Origin: Dehalococcoidia bacterium
GTDB lineage: Bacteria; Chloroflexota; Dehalococcoidia; Dehalococcoidales; UBA1222
Direction of reading: 5' to 3'
DNA length: 60,841 bases
Assembly (NCBI GenBank): GCA_009776735.1
Contig: WRNG01000001.1
Coordinates: 1-60,841 of the forward strand
A program made the translations under genes and the position numbers. The notes under the pieces are model-generated. The model made no database searches. It was not told the DNA's origin and saw only the letters and a program-made list of their open reading frames with translations. Below are positions 27,330 through 37,240 of the stretch, piece by piece. Position 1 is the stretch's first letter; each line of letters starts with the position of its first letter.

Positions 27330-27950
27330 ATGGTCTCGAAGCTCCTTTTAGCCACAAATAACCAAAACAAGCTGGAGGAGCTTCGCGTTTTGTTGTCTGG
27401 AATCCCCTTTTCGCTGCTCAGCCCCTCCCAAGTCGGGCTTTCGCTGGAGGTAGCTGAAACCGGCAAATCCTACTCCGCAAATGCTCGCATTAAGGCGCTA
27501 GCATTTGCCAAAGCTTCAGGATTACTCACTTTGGCCGACGATTCAGGTTTAGAAGTTGATGCTCTTAACGGCGACCCGGGAATTTTTTCAGCGCGTTATG
27601 CTGGCCAGGGCGCAAGCGATACTCAGCGAGTAATCCGCTTACTTTCTAAACTCAATGGAGTAACTTTTGAACAACGTACGGCTCGCTTTCGATGTGCCAT
27701 AGCTATTGCTTCACCTAAAGGAGACTTACGCCTCTGCTCAGGTAGCTGTCGTGGTTTAATAGCCTTGGCACCACGAGGAGAAAACGGTTTTGGTTACGAC
27801 CCAATTTTCTTTTTTCCCAAACTGCATTTGACAATGGCTGAGCTTAGTTCTGAAACTAAAAACCGTATCAGCCATCGCGCCAGAGCAACCTCCCGCGCTC
27901 GTCAACTTCTGTTTGGAATAGGGGACAAAGAATTATCAACAAAAACTTAA
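27330..27950 (+). CDS. rdgB: dITP/XTP pyrophosphatase (RdgB/HAM1)
   Basis: 206 aa. LLATNNQNKLEE, DDSGLEVDAL, FGYDPIFF, SHRA motifs. Confidence 0.85.
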   Translation: MVSKLLLATNNQNKLEELRVLLSGIPFSLLSPSQVGLSLEVAETGKSYSANARIKALAFAKASGLLTLADDSGLEVDALNGDPGIFSARYAGQGASDTQRVIRLLSKLNGVTFEQRTARFRCAIAIASPKGDLRLCSGSCRGLIALAPRGENGFGYDPIFFFPKLHLTMAELSSETKNRISHRARATSRARQLLFGIGDKELSTKT

Positions 27951-28178
27951 AACAGGCATCTTGAACTTTGGTGAATTAATTTTTAAAGTTATAGCCGTCA
28001 TAGAAAAAATATCGAAATCACCACTACCATCAAATTATTAATGCCATCACCTCAATACCCTGCGAAAATCGGCACTCACAGCCAGAGGATTACACGCAAT
28101 ACCCACCATAAAACTCAGCGCTTGAGTCAACACTCCAAAAAGGTATATACTTGTTCCGACAAAACCTTGGAGGGATTT

Positions 28179-29318
28179 ATGAAACTATCCTGTCTGCAAG
28201 AAAACTTAACTCGGGGTCTAAATATGGTTGGAAGGACTGCAGCTACACGAACCACTTTGCCAATTACCAATAATATCCTACTTGAAAGTGACCAGGGAAG
28301 GTTGAAGCTTGTCTCAACAAATCTAGAAATGGCTATCAGCTGCTGGATTGGGGCTAAAATTGAGGAGGAAGGTTCCATTACCATCCCATCTAAACTTCTT
28401 TCCGAGTTCGTTGCCACCCTACCCAACGACAGAATTGATATTCAACCATCTGAGTTAAGCGCGAAGGTATTGGAACTCAGGTGCGCCCGTTTTGAAGCAC
28501 GGATTGCCGGGGTTGATGCCAAGGATTTTCCGAGAATTCCTCCTATCGAAGATGGCTTGAATGCAAAGGTTGAAGTTAGCGCTTTACGCCAAGCCATCAG
28601 TCAAGTAGTTTTTGCCGCAGCTTCTGACGAATCGCGCCCCGTACTCACTGGAGTCAGTGCCGAATTTGAGAAGCAAACTCTTACCCTTGCCGCAGCAGAT
28701 GGTTTTCGATTAGCGATATACAAAATTCCTCTGGCGTCCAGTGTTGAGGAAAAATCGGTTGTAATTATTCCCGGCCGGACCTTGACAGAGCTAAATCGCT
28801 TAATCAGCGATCAAGAGGGAGCACTGGAAATAAAAGTAAATGCCGCCAAGAGCCAGATTTTATTCCGGCTAAAAGATATTGAAATTCTTTCCCAATTGGT
28901 ACAAGGAAATTTTCCTCAGTATAATCAGCTTATCCCCCAGAGTTTTATTACTCGCGCCGTTGTTGATCTCAGCCATTTCCTCCGTGCCACGAAAACCGCT
29001 GCTATCTTTGCCCGTGATGGAAACGGGATTGTACGCCTCGTCATCAACCAAGGAGAAAGCGAAGTAACCCCTGGCAAATTGTCTGTTATGGCTCGCTCTG
29101 AAGAGCTCGGCGACGATAAAGCTGAGATTGATGCCGTAGTACAAGGCCCTGAGGCTAAAATTGCTTTTAACGGCAAGTATCTTGTGGAGTTATTGGGAGT
29201 AGTGAAAGATTCACAGATTGCCATTGAGATGACTACTCCTTCCAGCCCCGGCGTCTTTAAGCCGGTAGGTTCAGATGATTACGTCCACGTCATTATGCCC
29301 ATGTTCGTCCAGTGGTAG
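28179..29318 (+). CDS. dnaN: DNA polymerase III beta sliding clamp
   Basis: 379 aa from ATG 28179 (MKLSCLQENLTRGL...), preceded by SD GGAGGGA at 28168-28174. The track ORF extends 138 nt upstream without homology-like sequence. No dnaA is adjacent. Confidence 0.9.
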   Translation: MKLSCLQENLTRGLNMVGRTAATRTTLPITNNILLESDQGRLKLVSTNLEMAISCWIGAKIEEEGSITIPSKLLSEFVATLPNDRIDIQPSELSAKVLELRCARFEARIAGVDAKDFPRIPPIEDGLNAKVEVSALRQAISQVVFAAASDESRPVLTGVSAEFEKQTLTLAAADGFRLAIYKIPLASSVEEKSVVIIPGRTLTELNRLISDQEGALEIKVNAAKSQILFRLKDIEILSQLVQGNFPQYNQLIPQSFITRAVVDLSHFLRATKTAAIFARDGNGIVRLVINQGESEVTPGKLSVMARSEELGDDKAEIDAVVQGPEAKIAFNGKYLVELLGVVKDSQIAIEMTTPSSPGVFKPVGSDDYVHVIMPMFVQW

Positions 29319-29340
29319 TTTAGTGGCTACATGGACTCAA

Positions 29341-29366
29341 AAGCCTCCTTGAACGGAGGCTTTTTT
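29341..29366 (+). terminator. Intrinsic terminator after dnaN
   Basis: AAGCCTCC-TTGAAC-GGAGGCTT stem-loop followed by TTTTTT (29361-29366). Confidence 0.75.
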
Positions 29367-29494
29367 CGTTGCCAATTTATTGACAAAACCCAACGCATTT
29401 ACCTAGTTACCACTATTCTTTCATACATCACATTCCCGTAACCAATTGTTCTGTACATGTTTTCTGTTTCGGTATGCCCAGCCACAAAATCTAT

Positions 29495-29524
29495 TTGCCA
29501 AACATATGTCATAGTTGTTATAAT
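29495..29524 (+). promoter_or_regulatory. Candidate sigma-70 promoter for the antiporter gene
   Basis: TTGCCA (29495-29500), 18-nt spacer, TATAAT (29519-29524). Confidence 0.45.
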
Positions 29525-29609
29525 TTTTTGGCAATCTCGCAGCAGGCAATGCTGAAGTTATAAATAAGCCTTTTCAGTTGGTCGGTCTCACCCTAGTAAG
29601 GAAGAATTG

Positions 29610-30851
29610 ATGCCATTTGACATGCCATTTGAATCACAGATTGTAGCTGATTTTGCCGTAATCATGGCAACAGCCGGCATAATCACCTTTATTTTTCACA
29701 AAATCAAACAGCCTTTGATTCTTGGCTATTTGATTGCCGGAATTATTGTCGGCCCATATAGTCCTCCGTTCAGCTTAATTCATCAACCTGTTGTATTAGA
29801 TGCGCTAGCAGAGTTAGGTGTCTTAATGCTTCTGTTTGGCATTGGGCTTGAGTTCCCTCTTTCTAAATTACGTAAACTTGGACTTAAAACTTACGGAATC
29901 ATCGCAATCATAGAGCTAGTGATGATGTTTGGTGTCAGTTTTTTGGCAGGAGTTTTGCTTGGTTGGAAACCAATTGATTGTCTATTCCTTGGTGCCGCGC
30001 TGGGTTCCAGCAGTACAGTGGTTATCGCCAAAGTACTGACTGGTATGGGAAAAATGAAAGACGTCTCCACAACAATTATGATGGGAGTACTGGTTGTGGA
30101 GGATTTGGCAGTAGTGCTTATACTATCCATTCTCACCGCCGTTGTAGGGACGGAGACCGTGTCTACCACTTCTATCCTACTTAAACTCGGCATTATCGTA
30201 TTGTTCTTGGCTGGAGCATTATTAATTGGCTTATTCGCTATTCCACGTTTCATCAATTGGATTAACAAAACAAAATCTGGTGAAGATTATACTGAACAAG
30301 ACGAAGTTACCCTACTAGTGGCACTGGGGCTGTGTTTTGGGTTGGCGATACTTGCTGAAGAGTTGGCTGGTCTTTCGATGGCAATGGGGGCATTTTTAAT
30401 GGGAATCATGGTGGCCGAATCTAAAGTTGGCGAACACATACATCACAATGTGTCACGTATCAAAGAAATGTTCGGAGCCGTTTTCTTTGTTTCTGTCGGC
30501 GCATTAATTGATATCAGCCTATTCGGCGAATTCTTTGTGCCTACGCTAGTTGTAATCTTCACAATGTTAATTGGCAAAGTTGTTGGTTGCGGCTTAGGTA
30601 GCAGGCTTATGGGCTATAACTGGTCAATTGCCTGCCGGGTAGGCCTGGGACTCGGGCAAATCGGTGAATTTGCCTTTATTGTTGCTAAAGCAGGGCAAGA
30701 CATGGGCGTAATCAATGATGTTTTGTTTCCCACAATAGGTATGGCAGTAGGAGTAACTACTTTCATTACCCCATATCTTATTCGTTTAAGTTACAAAATT
30801 AACCCCAATGAATGGTTACATCATCGAAAACAAAAACGGGCAAACACCTAA
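29610..30851 (+). CDS. Monovalent cation:proton antiporter (CPA2/Kef-type Na+/H+ exchanger family)
   Basis: About 413 aa, polytopic. N-terminal IKQPLILGYLIAGIIVGP is typical of CPA2 exchangers. ATG at 29610 after SD TAAGGAAG. Confidence 0.8.
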   Translation: MPFDMPFESQIVADFAVIMATAGIITFIFHKIKQPLILGYLIAGIIVGPYSPPFSLIHQPVVLDALAELGVLMLLFGIGLEFPLSKLRKLGLKTYGIIAIIELVMMFGVSFLAGVLLGWKPIDCLFLGAALGSSSTVVIAKVLTGMGKMKDVSTTIMMGVLVVEDLAVVLILSILTAVVGTETVSTTSILLKLGIIVLFLAGALLIGLFAIPRFINWINKTKSGEDYTEQDEVTLLVALGLCFGLAILAEELAGLSMAMGAFLMGIMVAESKVGEHIHHNVSRIKEMFGAVFFVSVGALIDISLFGEFFVPTLVVIFTMLIGKVVGCGLGSRLMGYNWSIACRVGLGLGQIGEFAFIVAKAGQDMGVINDVLFPTIGMAVGVTTFITPYLIRLSYKINPNEWLHHRKQKRANT

Positions 30852-30901
30852 GCCAAAACTGTTATTTGACAGGTGGCATACTTAATGGGTATTGTTTAGA
30901 C

Positions 30902-31543
30902 ATGAAGAACTTTACAATTAAAACTGGTTTAGCAATTATATCAATTGTCTTACTGCTTTCTCCCTTGGCAAGTTGCGGGAGGAGTGTTAAGCAATGGAAT
31001 TCTCCTCCGGAAATGGTTATTGATACGTCCAAGACTTATACGGCCGTCTTTGACACTTCATTTGGAACATTTAGGGTGGAGTTGTGGGCTGATAAGGCCC
31101 CGCAGACAGTTAACAGCTTTGTCTTTTTAGCTAACGAAAACTTCTTTGACGGTTTGACTTTTCATCGTATTATTCAGAATTTTATGATTCAAGGCGGCAA
31201 CCCGCAACCTTATAATTACGAGGTCGGAACAATACAGGGGCCGGGATACACATTCGATGATGAATTATCGAATGTTGGCAGTTATGACCCTGGAGTTATT
31301 GCCATGGCAAACAGCGGACCGAACACTAACGGAAGCCAGTTTTTTATCTGTACTGGCAACGCCGCCTATACCTTGGAACCCAAATATACTCAATTTGGCA
31401 AAGTCTTATCTGTTGATGATATGGCAATCGTAAACAAAATAGCTGCTGTTGATGTGGAACTTGTTATTATCGGAACTTCATATGAGTTCAGCAAGCCTGT
31501 AAAGCCCCCGGTCATTAACCATGTAACCATCGAAGTACGCTAG
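30902..31543 (+). CDS. Cyclophilin-type peptidyl-prolyl isomerase, lipoprotein
   Basis: ATG at 30902 gives MKNFTIKTGLAIISIVLLLSPLASC (lipobox LASC). Cyclophilin motifs FHRIIQNFMIQGG and [15 protein letters not shown]. Confidence 0.85.
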   Translation: MKNFTIKTGLAIISIVLLLSPLASCGRSVKQWNSPPEMVIDTSKTYTAVFDTSFGTFRVELWADKAPQTVNSFVFLANENFFDGLTFHRIIQNFMIQGGNPQPYNYEVGTIQGPGYTFDDELSNVGSYDPGVIAMANSGPNTNGSQFFICTGNAAYTLEPKYTQFGKVLSVDDMAIVNKIAAVDVELVIIGTSYEFSKPVKPPVINHVTIEVR

Positions 31544-31668
31544 CTTGACTGACTTGTGAGAGAACATCCCGACACTCATTATTTGCCAGTCTAAGATTTA
31601 GTATCGCCATAAGGCTATAAGATAACAGTTGTATTAATTGTCGAATTTAGAACTTAGTAAGGGTAATT

Positions 31669-32232
31669 ATGTCAATCAACAATCAAAACTCTAATAACAA
31701 CATGCTCAGCTGGAATACTCCTCCATCTATGCAAATAGATTCTGCGAAAAAGTACTCTGCCACTTTTGATACCAGTCTCGGTTCATTTAAGGTTGCGTTA
31801 CTGGCAGATGAATCCCCCATAACGGTCAACAATTTTGTATTTTTGGTTCGCAATAAATTCTACAATGGCGTAATTTTTCATCGCATTATTAAGACTTTCA
31901 TGATTCAAAGCGGAGACCCTACCGGGACTGGATGTGGTGGCCCGGGTTATAAGTTCATTGACGAATTACCGGTCAAACACTCCTACGAACCGGGCATTTT
32001 AGCGATGGCTAACGCCGGACCGAACACTAACGGAAGCCAGTTTTTTATCTGTTGCGGTAACGATGCTAGTTATCTTAATCGACAACCAAACTATACCCAG
32101 TTTGGCATGGTTTCGGAAGGTTTGGATATAGTGTTAAAAATCGCATCCGTTCCTGTGGTCTTTGCCGGTGGGGAGATGAGTCACCCACAGAACCCACCTG
32201 TCATAAACAGCATAGGCATTTTTGAAAGTTAA
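31669..32232 (+). CDS. Cyclophilin-type peptidyl-prolyl isomerase, cytoplasmic
   Basis: 187 aa. [15 protein letters not shown] and [15 protein letters not shown]. Confidence 0.9.
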   Translation: MSINNQNSNNNMLSWNTPPSMQIDSAKKYSATFDTSLGSFKVALLADESPITVNNFVFLVRNKFYNGVIFHRIIKTFMIQSGDPTGTGCGGPGYKFIDELPVKHSYEPGILAMANAGPNTNGSQFFICCGNDASYLNRQPNYTQFGMVSEGLDIVLKIASVPVVFAGGEMSHPQNPPVINSIGIFES

Positions 32233-32346
32233 ATCCAGTATAATACGCCTGCTGCTCGCTTGACATAGACACAGCTTTATGTCAGACTGGAGTTAAATAA
32301 GGAAAGCCAATACTAGAAATACTGTTCTTCTTTTCAAAGCAAAATC

Positions 32347-32652
32347 ATGACGAATTGGTCTTTTATTACTACCCATGGACTGATTTTGGCGACCATTGCC
32401 AAGCATCCACGCAGTACTGCACGCGAGATTGGCGATGTGGTTGGTGTCACCGAACGGACGGCGCATAAAATTATCACTGACCTTGAAGATGGCGGTTATA
32501 TCACTCGCACCAAAGTCGGTCGCAAGAACAAATATACCATTCACCCTAACACTCCTATGACAGAGGAAACCAGCGATGCCGCAGTAGGTGAATTGCTTGT
32601 TATGCTCGGTTGGAAAAATCGTCGACGTAAAACATCGAAAGCGGTAGACTAG
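32347..32652 (+). CDS. Small winged-helix DNA-binding protein (ArsR/MarR-like)
   Basis: 101 aa. STAREIGDVVGVTERTAHKIITDLEDGGYITRTKVGRKNKYTI is an HTH-plus-wing pattern. The antisense ORF 32293-32658 has no recognisable motif. Confidence 0.6.
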   Translation: MTNWSFITTHGLILATIAKHPRSTAREIGDVVGVTERTAHKIITDLEDGGYITRTKVGRKNKYTIHPNTPMTEETSDAAVGELLVMLGWKNRRRKTSKAVD

Positions 32653-32759
32653 TCTCATTTAGTCGTTTACTATGCCTTTTGCAGTTAAGATAACGCCATC
32701 TTGTCTGTTTTTACGGAAATTGTTCACAACTCGAATTTTTGCTATATTTTGAGTGATTC

Positions 32760-33965
32760 ATGAATACATTATTTAATTTTGATCCGTATGGGAGTGTAAC
32801 TACCCCCCAAGGTTTTGTGGCGGGAGCGGCATATGCTGGTATCAACTCCCACTCTCTGTTTAATTTAGACGTAGCCATGCTTTGTAGCGAGGTTCCTTCC
32901 CATGGGGTGGGAATATTCACTACTAATCAAATAAAAGCGGCTTCGGTTCTTTTATGCCAGAAAATACTCCCTTCTACCAGCGTACGAGGTATTATCGTTA
33001 ACTCAGGCTGTGCCAACGCTAGCACAGGAGAAGCAGGTCAAGCCGATGCCCAAAGTATGGGAGCAGCAGCGGCCGCCAAAGCCGGTGTGAATATGGCAGA
33101 CATGTTAGTTGCCAGCACCGGCGTAATCGGAAGAAGGTTGCCTCTTGAATTGCTGAATAACGCTATTGAGAAGATTATCCTTTCTCCCAACGGAGGAGAT
33201 AGCTTCGCCCAAGCCATTCTGACTACCGATACCAAGACCAAACAATGCGCAGTGTCCTGTGATGAATTCTGTATCGGCGGAGTGGCCAAAGGAGCGGGAA
33301 TGATTCATCCCAATATGGCGACTATGCTCTCTTTTCTTACTACCGATGCTACAGTGGAAATCAGCTTTCTGCAAAAATGTTTACGGATGGCAGCCGATAA
33401 GTCATTTAATATGATCTCGGTTGATGGTGATACATCCCCCAACGACAGTCTGATTATGCTGGCAAATGGTATGAGCGAAAACAATCAGATTAACGAAGGC
33501 TCATCACAAGCTATGCTTTTCCAGCAAGCATTGGAGTCCGTCTGCGTCTACCTTGCCAAAGAGCTTGCTCGCGATGGAGAAGGCGCGACGCGTCTGATCG
33601 AAATGAGTGTTTTCGGTGCGCGCAATCAAGAAGACGCCAGTAAGGTCGTACATACTGTAATTAGTTCCCCGTTGGTAAAAACCGCCATACACGGATGCGA
33701 CCCTAATTGGGGGCGAATTGTAGTCGCCGCTGGACGCAGTGGGGCATCTCTTGAAGAAAGCAAATTGGATCTTTCAATCAGCGGAATTATGGTAATGCGG
33801 GAAGGGATGCCTCTTCCTTTCGACAAGCAACAGCTTGGTCATGAATTGAAACAAGACGAGGTACATATCAATATGAATCTTAATCTGGGTGATAGCAGTG
33901 CCACCGGTTGGGGTTGCGATTTGTCAAAAGAGTACGTGTGCATCAATGCCGATTATACAACCTGA
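32760..33965 (+). CDS. argJ: Bifunctional ornithine acetyltransferase / N-acetylglutamate synthase
   Basis: 401 aa. Autoprocessing site region GMIHPNMATMLSFLTTDA, C-terminal YVCINADYTT. Confidence 0.9.
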   Translation: MNTLFNFDPYGSVTTPQGFVAGAAYAGINSHSLFNLDVAMLCSEVPSHGVGIFTTNQIKAASVLLCQKILPSTSVRGIIVNSGCANASTGEAGQADAQSMGAAAAAKAGVNMADMLVASTGVIGRRLPLELLNNAIEKIILSPNGGDSFAQAILTTDTKTKQCAVSCDEFCIGGVAKGAGMIHPNMATMLSFLTTDATVEISFLQKCLRMAADKSFNMISVDGDTSPNDSLIMLANGMSENNQINEGSSQAMLFQQALESVCVYLAKELARDGEGATRLIEMSVFGARNQEDASKVVHTVISSPLVKTAIHGCDPNWGRIVVAAGRSGASLEESKLDLSISGIMVMREGMPLPFDKQQLGHELKQDEVHINMNLNLGDSSATGWGCDLSKEYVCINADYTT

Positions 33966-33986
33966 TGGACATGTGAGTTATTGGTG

Positions 33987-34778
33987 ATGAGAAAATTAAT
34001 CGTAATAAAACTGGGCGGCTCAATAATAGACCGAAAAGACTCCGCCATATTGGGGATACTGGAGCTTATCCAGCAAGGATGGTCCGTGGTAATCGTCCAC
34101 GGCGGAGGTAAACTTGTAACACAGTGGATGAATAATCAAGGCATTGACACCCAATTTTACCAGGGAGAGCGTATTACTGATAAGCAATCTTTGGAGGTAG
34201 TTATCGCTGTTCTCGCCGGTTTAGCCAATAAAGAAACAACTGCGGCTTTCTGCGCAGCAGGAGTCAATGCCGTTGGATTAAGCGGAGTTGATGGAGCTCT
34301 TATTCAAGGATCTCCAAGAGACAACCAACTGGGATATGTAGGCAAAATCGAGAAAGTTAATTCAGTAGTCTTGGAAACCTTACTCCAAGCAGGATTCGTG
34401 CCGATAATCTCACCGATTGGTTTAAATACCGCCAGCGAAAAAGAATCCGACCCACTGCTTCTTAACATTAATGGGGATACCGTAGCCGGCGAAATCGCTG
34501 CCGAAATGAAAGCCGCATTGCTACTCTTTCTCACGGATGTCAATGGTGTACAGGATGCCTCCGGCAACGTCATCAATCATCTTGATGTTAAGAAGGTTGA
34601 CGAAATAGTGCTTTCAAAGGTTGCTCAGGGCGGAATGATACCCAAACTAAAAGCCTGTGAGCGTGCCGCACAAGCCAACGTGGTATGCCGTATTGTGGAC
34701 GGCCGTAAGCCACAGGCCGTCCTATCAGCCGTTAACAACAGAAATACAGGGAGTACAATTAGTGCTTCAGGGAGATAG
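33987..34778 (+). CDS. argB: Acetylglutamate kinase
   Basis: LIVIKLGGS and VIVHGGG amino-acid-kinase motifs. ATG at 33987; the track start 33981 is TTG. Confidence 0.9.
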   Translation: MRKLIVIKLGGSIIDRKDSAILGILELIQQGWSVVIVHGGGKLVTQWMNNQGIDTQFYQGERITDKQSLEVVIAVLAGLANKETTAAFCAAGVNAVGLSGVDGALIQGSPRDNQLGYVGKIEKVNSVVLETLLQAGFVPIISPIGLNTASEKESDPLLLNINGDTVAGEIAAEMKAALLLFLTDVNGVQDASGNVINHLDVKKVDEIVLSKVAQGGMIPKLKACERAAQANVVCRIVDGRKPQAVLSAVNNRNTGSTISASGR

Positions 34779-34781
34779 CAA

Positions 34782-35966
34782 GTGAATTGGATTGATATTG
34801 AAAAAACAAGTTTTATGCCGGTTTTTGAGCGAGTGCCCGTTACGCTTATAAAAGGACGTGGCATGTATATGCGCGATGAAAAAGGTAAACGCTATCTGGA
34901 TTTTGTGGCTGGCATTGCAGTGGTGAGTTTAGGGCACTGTCACCCTGTGCTGATCAAAGCTATTAATCGCCAATCACGCTTGCTGATGCACACCTCCAAT
35001 CTGTTCTATTCCACTCCGCAACTGAAACTAGCTAATTTGCTCACTCAAAACAGCGAACTACAACGAGTATTTTTTGCCAACTCCGGGGCTGAGGCTGTGG
35101 AAGGCGCCGTTAAACTGGCCAGACGCTGGGGACACCTTAAACGAAACGGGGCATATGAAGTTATTTCAGCGCATAATTCATTCCATGGAAGAACACTGGC
35201 AACAATTGCGGCTACCGGACAAGCCAAATTTCAACAGCCGTATATGCCTTTACCTGACGGGTTTACCAATGTAGCCTACGACAATATCGAAGAAATTAAG
35301 AATGCAACCTCTGAGAAAACGTGTGCTGTACTGCTTGAAGCGGTACAGGGTGAAGGCGGAGTAAATGTCCCACAGCCAAATTATTTAAAAGAAGTTAAAG
35401 AGTGGTGCGAACAGAACAACTTGCTTTTACTGATGGATGAAGTGCAGACCGGTGTAGGACGTTGCGGCAGCCTTTTCGCATATCAGCAATCCGGTATTGT
35501 CCCTGATGTGGTAATGTTAGCTAAAGGGCTTGCGGGAGGTGTTCCCATCGGAGCGATATTAACTTCGGAAAAAGCTTCCGTATTTGCCAAAGGCGAACAT
35601 GGTTCAACCTTCGGTGGGAACCCGCTGGCCTGCGCAGCGGGTTATGCTGTCCTACAGTATATAATCAAGCATGATTTGGCCTCGCATGCCCAAGAAATGG
35701 GTACTAGGCTGGTGGATGGATTAATTAAGCTACAACAGGAATTTCCACTCATCTCTGATGTGCGCGGAAAAGGATTACTTGTTGGGTTGCAGTTTGAGAA
35801 AGACTGCGCAAAAGAAGTTATGCTCGCCTGTTTAGACATGGGACTTTTGGTAAATAACCTAAAACCAAATATGTTACGACTTATTCCGCCGCTAATCGTA
35901 CAGGAAGCCGATATAAATAAAGCTTTGGGTATACTTAGGAGAGCACTGATTAAAGTATTCGCCTAG
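34782..35966 (+). CDS. argD: Acetylornithine aminotransferase
   Basis: 394 aa class-III aminotransferase. [11 protein letters not shown], and the PLP-Lys region in [13 protein letters not shown] start after GGGAGA. Confidence 0.9.
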   Translation: MNWIDIEKTSFMPVFERVPVTLIKGRGMYMRDEKGKRYLDFVAGIAVVSLGHCHPVLIKAINRQSRLLMHTSNLFYSTPQLKLANLLTQNSELQRVFFANSGAEAVEGAVKLARRWGHLKRNGAYEVISAHNSFHGRTLATIAATGQAKFQQPYMPLPDGFTNVAYDNIEEIKNATSEKTCAVLLEAVQGEGGVNVPQPNYLKEVKEWCEQNNLLLLMDEVQTGVGRCGSLFAYQQSGIVPDVVMLAKGLAGGVPIGAILTSEKASVFAKGEHGSTFGGNPLACAAGYAVLQYIIKHDLASHAQEMGTRLVDGLIKLQQEFPLISDVRGKGLLVGLQFEKDCAKEVMLACLDMGLLVNNLKPNMLRLIPPLIVQEADINKALGILRRALIKVFA

Positions 35967-36009
35967 ATTACCCATCCATAGGGTATAATTGGGCAAAAGG
36001 AAGGATAAC

Positions 36010-37224
36010 ATGGCAGATAGAATAGTACTTGCTTATTCAGGAGGACTGGACACTTCAGTGGCAATTCGTTGGCTGAAAGAAAAATACGGTTATGAAGTGA
36101 TTGCCGCCATTATTGATGTCGGCAATGAAAAGGATTTTTCCGCTGTTAACGAGAAAGCGCTACAGGTCGGCGCAATAAAAGCAATGGCAGTTGATGCCAA
36201 AAAGGCTTTTGTCAATGATTATATCTTTCCCGCACTTAAGGCCGGCGCGATGTATGAAGGCGTATACCCAATGGCTACGGCCTTGGCTCGCCCATTAATC
36301 GCTCAAATTCTTGCCAAGATTGCACAACAAGAAGGGGCAGTGGCAATCGCCCATGGTTGTACCGGCAAAGGTAACGACCAAGTGCGTTTTGAAGTCACCA
36401 TCAACGCGCTGACTTCCCAAATCAAGATTATAGCTCCCGCTCGTGAATGGGGAATGACCCGCGAGGAAACCATCTGCTACGCAGAAAGACACTCTATTCC
36501 GATCCCGGTTAAATCCGGTCATGCTTATTCGATTGATGAGAACATTTGGGGGCGCTCTATTGAGTGCGGAATGTTGGAAGATCCTTGGAACGAGCCCCCT
36601 GAGGAAGTCTACGCTTGGACTAAATCAGCTAAAGATGCCCCAGATGAACCGGGCTACCACGAAATTTGCTTTGAAAAAGGTATCCCAGTCGCTCTAGACG
36701 GGCAAATGACCAACGGACTTGATTTGATTCAAAAACTCAATGAACTAGCCGGGCTACATGGAGTAGGACGCATTGACCATGTAGAAAATCGGCTGGTAGG
36801 CATAAAAAGCCGCGAAATCTACGAAGCCCCGGCCGCCATTACGTTGCTAAAGGCACATCAGGCATTGGAGTCTCTAACTTTAGCCAAAGATCAATCCCGC
36901 TTTAAACAAAAGGTAACACAGGAATTCTCTGATATCATCTACAACGGGTTGTGGTTTACCGCAGGGCGTCAGGACCTTTGCGCTTACATTGACAGTACGC
37001 AACGCTTTGTCTCCGGAACAGTTCGTATTAAACTGTATAAAGGTTGTTGTACAGTTGTTGGGCGTAAATCGATGCATTCTCTCTATTCGCATAATCTGGC
37101 TACCTATGAAGAAGGAGATCAATTTGACCAAAGCACTGCGCCTGGCTTCATCCACTTATATGGACTTCCGGTAAAAACACAAGCTAAACTCCAGCCGATA
37201 TTTGAACAGGCTGAGAATAAATAA
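36010..37224 (+). CDS. argG: Argininosuccinate synthase
   Basis: MADRIVLAYSGGLDTS ATP-PPase motif. ATG at 36010 after AAAGGAAGGA. Confidence 0.95.
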   Translation: MADRIVLAYSGGLDTSVAIRWLKEKYGYEVIAAIIDVGNEKDFSAVNEKALQVGAIKAMAVDAKKAFVNDYIFPALKAGAMYEGVYPMATALARPLIAQILAKIAQQEGAVAIAHGCTGKGNDQVRFEVTINALTSQIKIIAPAREWGMTREETICYAERHSIPIPVKSGHAYSIDENIWGRSIECGMLEDPWNEPPEEVYAWTKSAKDAPDEPGYHEICFEKGIPVALDGQMTNGLDLIQKLNELAGLHGVGRIDHVENRLVGIKSREIYEAPAAITLLKAHQALESLTLAKDQSRFKQKVTQEFSDIIYNGLWFTAGRQDLCAYIDSTQRFVSGTVRIKLYKGCCTVVGRKSMHSLYSHNLATYEEGDQFDQSTAPGFIHLYGLPVKTQAKLQPIFEQAENK

Positions 37225-37240
37225 AAATAAGGGCAATTAT

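Noticed and set aside
28041-28178. 46-codon N-terminal extension of dnaN in the ORF track (MPSPQYPAKIGTHSQR...).
   Set aside because: The clamp homology begins at MKLSCLQENL, and that ATG (28179) has a GGAGGGA SD. The extension is basic, low-complexity sequence lying in the promoter region.
32293-32658. 121-aa minus-strand ORF fully overlapping the wHTH gene.
   Set aside because: The plus-strand frame shows a clear helix-turn-helix-plus-wing pattern. The minus frame has none and is Arg/Cys/Phe-rich, as is typical of antisense frames.
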